48,949 nt of DNA from Candidatus Bathyarchaeia archaeon (GTDB lineage Archaea > Thermoproteota > Bathyarchaeia > Bathyarchaeales > Bathycorpusculaceae). Position numbers and translations under genes: made by a program. The first letter of the stretch is position 1. The number at the start of each line of letters is the position of its first letter. The notes under the pieces are model-generated. The model was given only the letters and a program-made list of their open reading frames with translations, was not told the DNA's origin and searched no databases. The stretch is from contig JBMFMB010000011.1 of assembly GCA_049970895.1 (NCBI GenBank), positions 1-48,949 of the forward strand. Reading direction: 5' to 3'. Positions 48,574 through 48,949 of this stretch are shown one piece after another.

Positions 48574-48949
48574 CGCGCTCCTATGGAAAACGCCCAGGGA
48601 AAGCATTGCAGATGCAAGGCAGCAGCCAAACATCACTCCTGCAAGCCAAATAAAGCCTTACGCTCCAACCTCTTAAACTTTCTCACAGAAAGACAACGCC
48701 TTTCCCCTCTGTAAGGCTCATTCCTCTTCAACATGTAATAGACAATGCGAAGCATTTCATGAGCCACAGCAACAACAGCCTTCTGATGACCCTTCCTACT
48801 GGCATATCTTTCATAGAACGTTCTGAACCTTTCATCACTTCGTATGGCAGCCTGGGCAGCCTCAACCAAAACCCAACGCACAAGCCTATTACCGCCTCTG
48901 CCAACCCTCCCATAAACAGTTCTATCGCCAGACTGGTGAACGCTTGGAG
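48574..48949 (-). mobile_element. IS110-family element: transposase C-terminus (stop at 48633) and downstream end; continues beyond the window
   Basis: PSVHQSG...G...RGGNRLVRWVLVEAA...KAVVAVAHEMLRIVYYML (Transposase_20). Boundary approximate. Confidence 0.88.

Overview
Archaeal chromosomal window, most likely a thermophilic Bathyarchaeia/TACK-type genome. This is inferred from the archaeal 23S rRNA, Trm1/TrmG10/RNase Z, archaeal dephospho-CoA kinase and frequent TTG starts. Housekeeping genes include rnhB, trm1, metG, lhr, rnz, prs, class II HMG-CoA reductase and tRNA-Ala(TGC). The accessory parts are a redox/NO-O2 stress cluster with a perfect 20-bp palindromic operator, a split RimK/RLAN plus GCS2 peptide-ligase module interrupted by a regulator pair, an ArsR-bactofilin-like-ABC operon, three toxin-antitoxin pairs, many decayed genes and an IS110 end. 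The strongest findings are three. (1) A stand-alone 23S rRNA gene carries a 763-nt group I ribozyme intron at L1923, encoding a LAGLIDADG endonuclease whose C-terminus overlaps the catalytic core. (2) A two-gene operon joins a wHTH-fused KaiC-like ATPase to a divergent, N-terminally extended ATP-dependent DNA ligase, downstream of a decayed two-component system. (3) A RelE toxin is inactivated by an in-frame inverted copy of its own upstream sequence. All calls come from reading the sequence by eye; no database search was run.
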